This document shows positions 8,119-17,203 of a stretch of DNA of 64,000 bases, in pieces. The stretch spans positions 15,022-79,021 of the forward strand of contig QHUT01000054.1 of assembly GCA_003222055.1 (NCBI GenBank). Reading direction: 5' to 3'. Numbering within the stretch: the first letter of the stretch is position 1; every line of letters begins with the position of its first letter. Origin of the DNA: Gemmatimonadota bacterium (GTDB lineage: Bacteria > Gemmatimonadota > Gemmatimonadetes > Gemmatimonadales > GWC2-71-9). The translations under genes were made by a program, and so were the position numbers. The notes beneath the pieces are model-generated. The model was given only the letters and a program-made list of their open reading frames with translations. It was not told the origin of the DNA and did not search any database.

Positions 8119-9665
8119 CACCGGTCCCCGAGACGCGCGTGAGTCCAGCGCTGTCCGTTGAAGATGACCGGCAGGTCCCAGCCGCTCAGCTCGGGCCGGT
8201 GGGCCCACAGGTCCTTGGGGAACCAGAGGTAGAGCCACGGCGCCGCGGCGTACACGCGGTCGTCGATCCGCCGGTACAGCGCCGTGCGGGCGGCCTCGTC
8301 CACCGTGCGACGAGCGGCGAGGATCAGCGAGTCCGTCACCGCGTCCGCGTAGAACGCATAGTTGCCGCCCGGCCCGAAACTGCCGGAATTGAAGAGGGGA
8401 TAGAGGAAGTTGTCGGCGTCGGGATAGTCCGCCCACCAGTCGAGGATCACCATGTCGGCCTGACCCTTGCGGGCGGCCTCGCGTTGGCTCGAGGCGTCGC
8501 GCTCGACCAGCTCCACCCGCACTCCCACGCCGGCGAGCTGAGACTGGATCGCCTGCGCCGCGCGCGACAACTCGACATTGGCCGCCGTTCGCCACAGCTG
8601 CAAGTCGATACCCGTGGCGTAGCCGGCCTGGGCGAGCAGCCGCCGCGCCGCGGCCGGATCGTAGTCGTACGCGGGCCGCGTGGTGTCGCTCCCGGCCAGC
8701 GCCGGCGGGATCGCCCCGCGTGCCCGGATGCCGCGCCCGCCGTACACCGTGGCCAGGATCTCCGGAACGTTCACCGCCTGGTTGATGGCCCGACGCACCC
8801 GCACGTCGGAGAGCGGCCCGCGCCGGTTGTTGAGCGCGACGTATACCGCGCGCAGCGCCGGCTTCTCCACCAACCAGTGAGGGTGCTGCGCGCGCCACCG
8901 CGCCGTCTCGCCGAAGGGCACTTCGATCACGCTCAGCCGGCCCGCCTCGAACTCGGCGGCCCGGGTGAGCGGCTCGGGGATGATACGCACGATCAGCGTG
9001 TCCGTGAGCGGGGCGCCGCCCCAGTAATCGGGGTTGCGCGCGAACGTGAGCGCATCGTCGTGCTGCCACGCCACGAACCGCCACGGGCCCGTGCCGATCG
9101 GTCGCTCCGCCGGGTCCGCCGGGGGCGGGGGCACCACACTCGCCACCGGCATGGCGAGAAACTTGGGAAAAATGGCGAGCGGCTCGGTGAGCGTGAAGGC
9201 GAGCCCCGAGTCGCCCACGAGCGTCATGCCCGTGACGTCCCCGGCGCGCCCCGTCGCGTACGCCTCCGCCCCGGCGATCGGATAGAGCGGCCAGGGGCGA
9301 CCGCCTTTGGTCCCCGGGGCCAGCACCCGCAAAAAGCTCACGCGCACCGCCGCGGGGGTGAGCGGCGTCCCGTTGTGGAACTTGACACCCGCTCGCAGGT
9401 GAAACACGTAGCGTCGACCGTCGCGCGACGCGGTCCAGCGATCGGCCAGCGCCGGCTCGAGCCGGCCGTCGGGGTCGAACTGGGTCAACCGGTCGTAGGC
9501 GAGCGTCACCATCTCGCCGGTGGGCACGTCGGTCGAGAGCGCCGGATCGAGCGAGCGCGGGTCGTACGACTCGTAGTAGACCAGCCCGGCGCGCCCGGCC
9601 GCCGCGCGACTGCATGCGACGGCCGCAACGAGGGCGGTGTGGAGGAGGATGCAGCGCGCGCGCAT
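8118..9665 (-). CDS. ABC transporter substrate-binding protein, family 5 (DppA/OppA-like)
   Basis: Signal peptide, then LVYYESYDPRSLDPALSTDVPTGEMVTLAYDRLTQFDPDGRLEPALADRW...VKFHNG. Confidence 0.85.
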   Translation of the reverse strand: MRARCILLHTALVAAVACSRAAAGRAGLVYYESYDPRSLDPALSTDVPTGEMVTLAYDRLTQFDPDGRLEPALADRWTASRDGRRYVFHLRAGVKFHNGTPLTPAAVRVSFLRVLAPGTKGGRPWPLYPIAGAEAYATGRAGDVTGMTLVGDSGLAFTLTEPLAIFPKFLAMPVASVVPPPPADPAERPIGTGPWRFVAWQHDDALTFARNPDYWGGAPLTDTLIVRIIPEPLTRAAEFEAGRLSVIEVPFGETARWRAQHPHWLVEKPALRAVYVALNNRRGPLSDVRVRRAINQAVNVPEILATVYGGRGIRARGAIPPALAGSDTTRPAYDYDPAAARRLLAQAGYATGIDLQLWRTAANVELSRAAQAIQSQLAGVGVRVELVERDASSQREAARKGQADMVILDWWADYPDADNFLYPLFNSGSFGPGGNYAFYADAVTDSLILAARRTVDEAARTALYRRIDDRVYAAAPWLYLWFPKDLWAHRPELSGWDLPVIFNGQRWTHARLGDR

Positions 9666-9738
9666 GGGGTCGAGTGTCGAAAAGGTTGACAGTGTGGCGG
9701 GAGCGAGCCAACATAGGGAGGCAGCCCGACCGCGTCAA

Positions 9739-11847
9739 TTGCGTGCGTCTCTTCCGGTCCTCGTCGTCGCCGTATTCGCGGCGGCTCGCCTCGCCGCGCA
9801 GCAGGAGCCGCAGCGGGTAGTCCGTGGGCTTTCCTTCGAGGGCAATCACGCGATCGACCACTATACGCTGAGTGCCGCGATCGCGACCACCAATTCGAGC
9901 ACGTTCGCGACCAGCCCCTTCCTTCGCTGGCTCGGCCTCGGGGAAAAGCGGCCCTTCAACGAGCTCGAGTTCCGTCGCGACGTGGTGCGCCTGCTGCTGC
10001 TGTACCGCCAGAGCGGGTACATGAACGCGGTGATCGACACGGTGGTGCGCCGCGAGGCGAGAGACGTATACGTGAAGTTCCGGATCTACGAGGGCGACCC
10101 GGTGCGCCTCACCAGGCTCGACGTGTTGGGGGTCGACTCGATCCTCGACGTCCCGGCCGTGAAACGCGCGTTGCCGCTGCAGGTCGGGGACCCGTTCAAC
10201 CGGGCGCTGTTCCAGGCGTCCGCCGACACGATCGTGGGCCGGCTCAAGAACCGCGGGTACCCCTACGCCGACGTGTTGCGGAGCTACGACGTGGATGCCG
10301 CGGCGCTCCGGGCGGTGGCTGGGCTCGAGGGTGTCACGGGGCGGCGCATGCGGGTGGGCGAGGTGATCATCACGGGTGCCGGTCACGTCGACACGGGCAG
10401 CGTGCGGCGGATGCTCTCGGTGCGGCCGGGAGACTGGTTTCGGCAGGATCAGCTGTATGTGACACAGCGGGACCTGTACGGCCTCGGGATGTTCCGCTCG
10501 GTCAACGTGGTACTGGCCGACACGCTGCCGCGGTCCGGCGGCGACTCGACCGTGCGGGTGATGGTCCGTGTCGCCGAGGCGCCGCTGCGCCGCATCCGGA
10601 TCGGGGCGGGGTACGGCTCGCTCGACTGTTTCCGGGCGCAGAGCGGCTGGACGGCCTACGATTTCCTGGGCGGCGCGCGCTCGCTCGACTTGAGCGGCCA
10701 GGTCTCGAAGCTGGGCGTGGGCTTCCCGGCGGACGCCGGGTTCCGGGACAACGTGTGCCGCTTCCTGCAAAACGATCCGACATCCGATACCGCCAATTAC
10801 AACGCCACGCTCGCCCTGCGGCAGCCGGCGTTCCTGTCGCCGCGCCACACGGCGAGCCTCGCTCTGTTCGCGGAGCGGCGCTCGGAGTTCAGGGCGTACA
10901 CGCGGCAGGATATCGGTGTGAACGTGGGGGTCACGTTCAACGCCCGGCGCGAGATTCCCCTCACCGTCGCCTACAGCTACGCGGTGGGGCGCACGACGGC
11001 GGACCCGGTGCGGTACTGCAAGGAGTTTCTCGCGTGCAACCAGGCCGATCAGTCGTTTCTCGCCAACCGCCGGCGCTTCGGCGCCGTCACGATCTCGGGC
11101 GTCCGCGGTCGCGTGAACTCGGTGCTCGACCCCTCCGCGGGGAGCCTGATTCAGATGACGCTGGTCCACGCGTCGCGCTTGGTGCTCTCCGACACGTTGT
11201 ACGAGTTCAACCGCGGTGAGCTCGAGCTCTCGCGGTACTATCCGGTGTCGCGCCGGAGCGTGTTGGCGTGGCGGATCCGGGGCGGCACGATCCTGCCGCA
11301 ACGCATCACGCTCCTGGGGCAGAGTACGCAGTTCGTGCCGCCGGACCAGCGGTTCTACGCCGGGGGGCCGAATTCGGTGCGCGGGTACGCCCGCAACGAG
11401 CTGGGGCCCCGGGTGTACGTCGCCGACACGATTCTCCAAGTGAGCGGGGCCGACACGACCTATGGGGACATCAAAGCGTCCCCGACCGGCGGCAACACCG
11501 TGTTCACCGCCAACCTGGAGCTGCGCGTTCCTACGCCGATCTTTCCGGATCGCGTGCGACTCGGCTTGTTCGTGGACGCGGGGCAGGTGTGGGAGCGGGG
11601 AGACACGCTGAGCACGGTCAGTGGACTGCGCGTCACGCCCGGGGTGGGCTTGCGGTTCGTCACGCCGCTCGGGCCGGTGCGACTGGACGCCGCCTACAAC
11701 GGCTACCCGCCGGAGCCCGGACAGGTGTATTTCCTGAACAAGAGCGACAAGAGCATCCGGGCAACCGGGAAGACGCACGATCCCGGCCTGCCGCCCGGGT
11801 TCTGGCGCCGCGTCGTGGTGCAGTTCGCGGTGGGACAGGCGTTCTGA
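9739..11847 (+). CDS. Omp85 (BamA/TamA) family outer-membrane protein, TamA-like
   Basis: POTRA-like N-terminal part and a C-terminal barrel with QRFYAGGPNSVRGY. Track ORF starts at 9637 but that overlaps the divergent gene. TTG 9739 gives the signal peptide MRASLPVLVVAVFAAARLAAQQ. The start is uncertain (9664 is also possible). Confidence 0.8.
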   Translation: MRASLPVLVVAVFAAARLAAQQEPQRVVRGLSFEGNHAIDHYTLSAAIATTNSSTFATSPFLRWLGLGEKRPFNELEFRRDVVRLLLLYRQSGYMNAVIDTVVRREARDVYVKFRIYEGDPVRLTRLDVLGVDSILDVPAVKRALPLQVGDPFNRALFQASADTIVGRLKNRGYPYADVLRSYDVDAAALRAVAGLEGVTGRRMRVGEVIITGAGHVDTGSVRRMLSVRPGDWFRQDQLYVTQRDLYGLGMFRSVNVVLADTLPRSGGDSTVRVMVRVAEAPLRRIRIGAGYGSLDCFRAQSGWTAYDFLGGARSLDLSGQVSKLGVGFPADAGFRDNVCRFLQNDPTSDTANYNATLALRQPAFLSPRHTASLALFAERRSEFRAYTRQDIGVNVGVTFNARREIPLTVAYSYAVGRTTADPVRYCKEFLACNQADQSFLANRRRFGAVTISGVRGRVNSVLDPSAGSLIQMTLVHASRLVLSDTLYEFNRGELELSRYYPVSRRSVLAWRIRGGTILPQRITLLGQSTQFVPPDQRFYAGGPNSVRGYARNELGPRVYVADTILQVSGADTTYGDIKASPTGGNTVFTANLELRVPTPIFPDRVRLGLFVDAGQVWERGDTLSTVSGLRVTPGVGLRFVTPLGPVRLDAAYNGYPPEPGQVYFLNKSDKSIRATGKTHDPGLPPGFWRRVVVQFAVGQAF

Positions 11848-14800
11848 TGGTCCGGCGCTCGCTCGGCGTGGCATTGTGGATGCTCGCGGGGCTGCTCGCC
11901 TGCTTCCTGGGGGCACTCGCGTCGCTCGTGGGTACGGACGCGGGACGCGCACTGCTCACGCGCGTGACGGCGGGGGCCCTGCACCAGGTGTTCACGGGCA
12001 CCATCGAGATCGGCGACGTCGGAGGCTCGCTGCTCACCGGCCTCACCCTCTCCCAGGTCCGGTTGTTCGACGCCGACTCGACACTGGTCGCCTGGCTGCC
12101 GCGGGTCGACGTGAGCTACAACCCGTTCGATTTCGCCGCGGGGCGGGTGGTGCTGTTCGAGTTCGATCTGCGCCGACCCGTGATCAACATCGTACAGCAC
12201 CCGAGCGGGCGGCTGAACATCGAGGAGCTGTTGCGTTTGGGCGGGCCGGACACGGGCAAGCACGGGCCGGCGGCGCTGATCCTGCTCCGGAACGTGCGCG
12301 TCACGGACGGCAGCGTAACGCTGCGACTGCAGGCGCGCCACGCCGAGCCCGGCGATTCGGCGCTCGAGATCGCCGGTGGCGGCCCGAACGGGCGGCTGCG
12401 CGTGCGGCGCTTCGAGCATCTGGACGCGCACCTCGCGGCCCTGCAGGTCTCCTCGCCGCGCGAGCGCGGCATCCGCATCGACGTGTCGCGGCTCGCGTTC
12501 GAGAGCACCGACCCCGCGGTGCGCCTCGTCGACGTCGCGGGCCGGCTCCGCGTGATCGGCGACTCGATGGAGGTGCGCCTCGCCCGCGTGCAGCTGCCCG
12601 CGTCCGCGCTGCGGGACGCCCATGGCGCCGTCCGCTGGCCGCACGGCCCCCTGCTGTTCGATCTCCGGCTGCGTGCCGACTCGGCGACGCTCGGCGATTT
12701 CCCGTTCATTGATCGCCGCTTCACCGGCCCGCCCGCCACCGGAGTGCTCTCGGGAGACGTGCGGCTGCGCTCCCACGGGAGTCGGGTCTTGGAGGTAGGG
12801 TTGGATTCGCTGCGCTTGGCGTTTGCGGGGGGCACGGTCGCCGGCCGGCTGACCGCCTTGAGCGTCGCGGACTCGGGGCTCGTCGCGCTGCGCGACGCCG
12901 ACCTGGACGCCCGCGACTTCGACCTCGAATTCGCCCGGCCGTTTCTCGACACCCTGCCCTTTGCCGGACGGCTCACCGGGCGCACCATCGCCACGGGACC
13001 GCTCACCGCCCTCGCTCTGGAAACTGACTGGTCGTTCCGCGACTCGCTCGTACCGGCGTGGCCGCAGACACAGGTGCGGGGCAAGGGCGAGGTGAACCTC
13101 AGGGCGGCCGACGGCATCCGGTTCCAGCCGTTCGCCGTGGAGGCGGCGAGCGTCGATCTGGGTACACTGGCCCGGCTGGCGCCGGCGGTGCGACTGCACG
13201 GCACGCTCCTGGCCAACGGCAGCCTCGCGGGCCCGCTCAAGAACGCGCAGTTCACCGGCACCCTCGAGCATCGGGACGGCGAGCGGCCGCCGAGCCACTT
13301 CACGGGCGCCGTGCGCCTCGATACGCGCGGCCGGGTGCTCGGCATCTACGCCGACGTGACGGCCGACTCGCTCTCCTTCGACGGCCTCAGGGGCAGCTTT
13401 CCCACGCTCCCGTTGCGAGGAGCCGCGTCGGGGCCGCTGAAGCTGACGGGCCCGCTCGACGCGCTCGAAACCCACGCCGAGCTGTACGCCGGTGGAGAGG
13501 GAGGCGACGTGCGCGCCGACGGCGTGCTGATGCTCGATCTGCCGCACTATGGTGCGCGCGAGTTCGAGCTGGCCACGCGGGACTTGGATCTCGCGCACTG
13601 GCTCACCGGCGCCCCGCCCTCGCGCCTCGGCCTCACCGTCCGCGGCGCCTTGACGGGTGACAGCGGCGTCGCGCCCAGCGGCGCCGTCACCGCGCTGCTC
13701 GGGCCGTCGCTGTTCGCCGGCGCGGGGCTCGACTCGGGCGCCGTGCGCCTGCGCCTCGCCGACCGCCGGGTGTACGTCGACTCGCTGCGCCTGGCGCAAC
13801 CCGGGCTCGTCACCACCGGGTCGGGATCGCTCGGCTGGACGCGCGGCACGAGCGGCCAGCTGGCGCTCGATTTCGACGCCGACAGCTTGAGCGCCATCGA
13901 TTCCCTGGTGAGCTGGCTCGCGGGGAGCAACGCCGCGGCGCGCGCCGATCCCGACCCCGACCCCGAGCCGATCCGGCCGCTCGCGGGCTCGGCCCGCGTG
14001 GTCGCGACGCTCGGGGGGTCGCTCGACTCGCTCGGCGTCGAGGTGCGCGCCAGCGTGGAGCGGGTGGCGTGGCGTGGCTGGCAGCTCCCCGCCGGCCGCG
14101 CGCGCCTCCAATGGCGCCCCGGCCCCACGCCCGCGTTCGCGCTGGAGGCGACGCTCGACTCCCTCGCCTACGGCACGCTGGGGTTCTCGGGGGCGGCGGC
14201 GGTGGGGCGCGGGACGCTGGACTCGCTCACGTGGTTCGCGCGCTCCCGCATGGGCGGGGGGGGCGCCTTCCTCGCCGGCGGGCGCTTCGCCCGCCGCACC
14301 ACCGCGGCGGGCGGGCGTGTACTCGCCGTGGGTCTCGACTCGCTGGCGGTGCAGCTGCCGGGCGACGTCTGGGTGCTCGAGCGGCCGGCGGAGCTCAGCG
14401 TGACCGATTCGGCCGCTCGCGTGAGCCACCTGGCGCTACACAGCGTGTACGGGTCGGGCAAGCTCGCACTCGAGGGGGACCTCCCCACGCACGGCCGGGC
14501 CGACGCCCACCTGCAGCTCGAGGGTTTTCCGCTGGCGGGCGTGTATGCGCTGCTCGAGCGGGACACCGCGGGCGTCGGCGGGTCGGTCACCGCGACCGCC
14601 GGCCTCTCGGGGAGCCGGGCCGATCCGGTGTCGAGCGGCGCGTTCTCGCTCTCGAACGGACGGCTCGGCGAGTTCCGCGCCCCGTTCGTCGACGGCACCT
14701 TCGAGTACCGCGACCGCCGGCTGCGGACCGCCCTGCACCTCTGGCGCTCGGGGCAGCAGATCCTCGACGTGCAGGCATTTCTGCCGCTGGACCTCGCCCT

Positions 14801-16274
14801 CACGCGCGTGGAGCATCGTCAGCTCCCCGACACCCTGTCGGTACGCGCCACGGCGGACAGCGTGGATCTCTCGGTGCTCGAAGCGCTCACGCCGGCCGTG
14901 CGCCAGGTGACCGGGGTGTTCTCGACCGACCTGGGGATCGCCGGGACCTGGGACGCCCCCCGGCTGCGCGGCGCGCTGCAGATCGCCGACGCCGCTGCCA
15001 CGATTCCGACTCTGAACGTCCGCTACGAAAACCTGAACGGCCGACTGGCGCTCTCGGGGGACACGATCGCCGTCCAGTCGCTCTCGGCGTCGAGCGAGCG
15101 GGGCCGGGCCGACGTATCCGGCGTCGTGCGGCTCGAGCGGCTCACGCATCCCGTGCTCGATTTGCGGATCGCGGCCGACCAGTTCAAGGCCCTGGACCTG
15201 AAGAACAACGTGACGATCACGGCAAGCGGGCGGCTCACACTCCAGGGCCCCATCTTCGGCGCCGCGCTCACCGGCCAGGTCAACGTGACGTCGGGCGTCC
15301 TCTATTTCGCAGACCTCGTGCAGAAACGCATCGTGAACCTGGACGAGCTCGCCGACACGTCGCTCGCCTCGCTCATCGAGCAGCAACGCCTCGGCCCGGA
15401 GTTCCAGAACGTCTTCCTCGACAGCCTGCGGATCGACGATCTGGCGCTCGAGATGGGAAGCGACGTCTGGCTGCGCTCGAACGAGGCCAACATCCAGCTC
15501 GCCGGGTCGGTGCGACTCACCAAGCAGCGCAACCTGTATCTCGTGAGCGGCACGTTGCAGGCCGTGCGCGGCACGTATCGGCTCAAAGTCGGCCCGGTCT
15601 CGCGGGAGTTCGTCGTGTCGCAGGGAACCGTCCGGTACTTCGGTACCCCGGATCAGGACGCGGCCCTCGACATCGAGGCGAAGCATCTGGTTCATCCCGT
15701 GCCGACGCCCGGCGAGACTACCGAAGACATCAGTGTCGTGGCGCACATCACCGGTACGCTGCTCGTGCCGAAAGTGACCCTCGCGGCGGAGAAACAGGAC
15801 TTGTCGCAGACGGAGCTGATCTCGTACCTCCTGTTCGGCAAGCGGACCGTGGATCTGGGGGGCGACCAGGGCGGGATCGCGGATCAGCGAGCCGTCCTCC
15901 AGGGCGCGCTCTCGGTGCTGTCGGGCGAGATCGAGCAGACGATCGTGTCCGGGGGCGTGCCGGTGGACTACGTGGAGATCCGGCCCAGCGGCGGGGGACA
16001 GGGCACTGCGCTGCTGGGCTGGCAGCTCGCGGTGGGGCGACAACTCGGCCCCAAGACGTTTCTCGTGGTGAACGCCGGGTTCAACTCCGAGGTGTGCCAG
16101 GCGCAGCAGCAGGCGGGGGTCACCAACACGCTCGGACTGTCGCTGCAATTCCGCATCAGCCCGGAGTGGCGTACCGAGGCGAGCTTCGAGCCCGTGCAGA
16201 CGTGCGATCCCTACGGCACGCAGGCGCCCGCGCGGCAGCTCGGTCTGGACCTCTTTTGGGAGCGGCGCTACTAG
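11847..16274 (+). CDS. tamB: Translocation and assembly module protein TamB-like (AsmA/DUF490 family), about 1475 aa
   Basis: The real start is MVRRSLGVALWMLAGLLACFLGAL (TM anchor) inside track ORF 11268..16274. ATG 11847 shares one nt with the TGA of the Omp85 gene. The protein is long, beta-rich and repetitive. Confidence 0.75.
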   Translation: MVRRSLGVALWMLAGLLACFLGALASLVGTDAGRALLTRVTAGALHQVFTGTIEIGDVGGSLLTGLTLSQVRLFDADSTLVAWLPRVDVSYNPFDFAAGRVVLFEFDLRRPVINIVQHPSGRLNIEELLRLGGPDTGKHGPAALILLRNVRVTDGSVTLRLQARHAEPGDSALEIAGGGPNGRLRVRRFEHLDAHLAALQVSSPRERGIRIDVSRLAFESTDPAVRLVDVAGRLRVIGDSMEVRLARVQLPASALRDAHGAVRWPHGPLLFDLRLRADSATLGDFPFIDRRFTGPPATGVLSGDVRLRSHGSRVLEVGLDSLRLAFAGGTVAGRLTALSVADSGLVALRDADLDARDFDLEFARPFLDTLPFAGRLTGRTIATGPLTALALETDWSFRDSLVPAWPQTQVRGKGEVNLRAADGIRFQPFAVEAASVDLGTLARLAPAVRLHGTLLANGSLAGPLKNAQFTGTLEHRDGERPPSHFTGAVRLDTRGRVLGIYADVTADSLSFDGLRGSFPTLPLRGAASGPLKLTGPLDALETHAELYAGGEGGDVRADGVLMLDLPHYGAREFELATRDLDLAHWLTGAPPSRLGLTVRGALTGDSGVAPSGAVTALLGPSLFAGAGLDSGAVRLRLADRRVYVDSLRLAQPGLVTTGSGSLGWTRGTSGQLALDFDADSLSAIDSLVSWLAGSNAAARADPDPDPEPIRPLAGSARVVATLGGSLDSLGVEVRASVERVAWRGWQLPAGRARLQWRPGPTPAFALEATLDSLAYGTLGFSGAAAVGRGTLDSLTWFARSRMGGGGAFLAGGRFARRTTAAGGRVLAVGLDSLAVQLPGDVWVLERPAELSVTDSAARVSHLALHSVYGSGKLALEGDLPTHGRADAHLQLEGFPLAGVYALLERDTAGVGGSVTATAGLSGSRADPVSSGAFSLSNGRLGEFRAPFVDGTFEYRDRRLRTALHLWRSGQQILDVQAFLPLDLALTRVEHRQLPDTLSVRATADSVDLSVLEALTPAVRQVTGVFSTDLGIAGTWDAPRLRGALQIADAAATIPTLNVRYENLNGRLALSGDTIAVQSLSASSERGRADVSGVVRLERLTHPVLDLRIAADQFKALDLKNNVTITASGRLTLQGPIFGAALTGQVNVTSGVLYFADLVQKRIVNLDELADTSLASLIEQQRLGPEFQNVFLDSLRIDDLALEMGSDVWLRSNEANIQLAGSVRLTKQRNLYLVSGTLQAVRGTYRLKVGPVSREFVVSQGTVRYFGTPDQDAALDIEAKHLVHPVPTPGETTEDISVVAHITGTLLVPKVTLAAEKQDLSQTELISYLLFGKRTVDLGGDQGGIADQRAVLQGALSVLSGEIEQTIVSGGVPVDYVEIRPSGGGQGTALLGWQLAVGRQLGPKTFLVVNAGFNSEVCQAQQQAGVTNTLGLSLQFRISPEWRTEASFEPVQTCDPYGTQAPARQLGLDLFWERRY

Positions 16275-16276
16275 CC

Positions 16277-17203
16277 ATGACCCGGGCCCTGCTCATCGCC
16301 AACCCGGCGGCGGCGCGCACCGACGCGCGGGCGGTGACGGCGATCCGCGACACGCTGCGGCACGGCGGCTGGACCGTGGAGGTGCGCGCCACGGCGCAGG
16401 CAGGGGATGCGCGCCGCTTCGCGCGCGAGGCGGCCGACCAGGAGTTCGACGCCCTGGTGTGCTACGGCGGGGACGGCACGGCGATGGAGATCGCCGCCGG
16501 GGCGGTGAATGGCGGCATCCCGCTCGGCCTCGTGCCGGGCGGTACGGGAAACTTGCTGGCGGGGAACCTGCGGCTACCGCGAGACGCGGCGGCGGCGGCG
16601 CGCGTGATCCTCGCCGGCCAGACGGCGGCGATCGACTTGGGAACCGTGGAGCGCCCCGACGGCATGCATTACTTCGCGGTGTGCAGCGGCACCGGGTTCG
16701 ACGCCCGCCTCATGGCCCGCACGGGGGCGGCCGAGAAGCGCCGCTGGAAGATGGCCGCCTATGTGATGCACGCCTTCGCCACCCTCCCCGACGTCACGAG
16801 CCCGCTCCATCGCGTGACGGTAGACGGCGTGGCGCACGAGCTGCCGGCGGCGATGGTGCTGGTGGCGAACTGCGGCGAGCTGGTGCCCCCCTTTCTGCGG
16901 CTGCGCGACAACGTCGCCCCAGACGACGGCTGGCTCGACGTGCTGGTGCTCCGGGCGGACGGTGCACTGGAGAGCCTTGCCGCGTTCTACGAGCTGCTGC
17001 GGCGACCGCGCAATGGCGCGCGGCGGCTGTGGTTCGGCCGCGGCCGTACGGTGCGCGTGGACGTGCTCGAGGGCCCGCCGCGGCCGATGCAGCTCGACGG
17101 CGAGCCCGCGGGGAACGCTCCGTTCGAGGCCCGGCTGCTGCCGCACGCCTTGCGGGTGATCGTGGATCCGCGCACGGCGCCGCTCGGGAAGCGTCATGCC
17201 TGA
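16277..17203 (+). CDS. Diacylglycerol/lipid kinase family protein (YegS/BmrU type)
   Basis: MTRALLIANPAAARTD..., DALVCYGGDGTAMEIA and LVPGGTGNLLAGNL. It is the C-terminal part of the spurious ORF 14069..17203. Confidence 0.8.
   Translation: MTRALLIANPAAARTDARAVTAIRDTLRHGGWTVEVRATAQAGDARRFAREAADQEFDALVCYGGDGTAMEIAAGAVNGGIPLGLVPGGTGNLLAGNLRLPRDAAAAARVILAGQTAAIDLGTVERPDGMHYFAVCSGTGFDARLMARTGAAEKRRWKMAAYVMHAFATLPDVTSPLHRVTVDGVAHELPAAMVLVANCGELVPPFLRLRDNVAPDDGWLDVLVLRADGALESLAAFYELLRRPRNGARRLWFGRGRTVRVDVLEGPPRPMQLDGEPAGNAPFEARLLPHALRVIVDPRTAPLGKRHA

Noticed and set aside
9686-9721. TTGACA-17 nt-CAACAT promoter and AGGGAGG ribosome-binding site upstream of the Omp85 gene
   Set aside because: The two readings conflict: the putative RBS would sit at the predicted TSS and 17 nt from the TTG start. 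The start codon itself is uncertain, so this is not reported as a feature.
7201-11952. A 1583-aa minus-strand ORF spanning the dppB, dppA and Omp85 regions
   Set aside because: Only the last 305 aa (the DppB-like permease) look like a real protein. The rest is Arg/Gly/Pro/Ala-rich, overlaps well-supported genes on both strands, and is the kind of open frame that high GC produces.
11703-16148. Long antisense ORFs opposite tamB (11703..14429, 908 aa; 14436..16148, 570 aa) and the N-terminal extensions of ORFs 11268..16274 and 14069..17203
   Set aside because: These are low-complexity, Arg-rich shadow frames. The plus-strand TamB-like protein has a sensible TM start at 11847, and the lipid kinase has a clean start at 16277.
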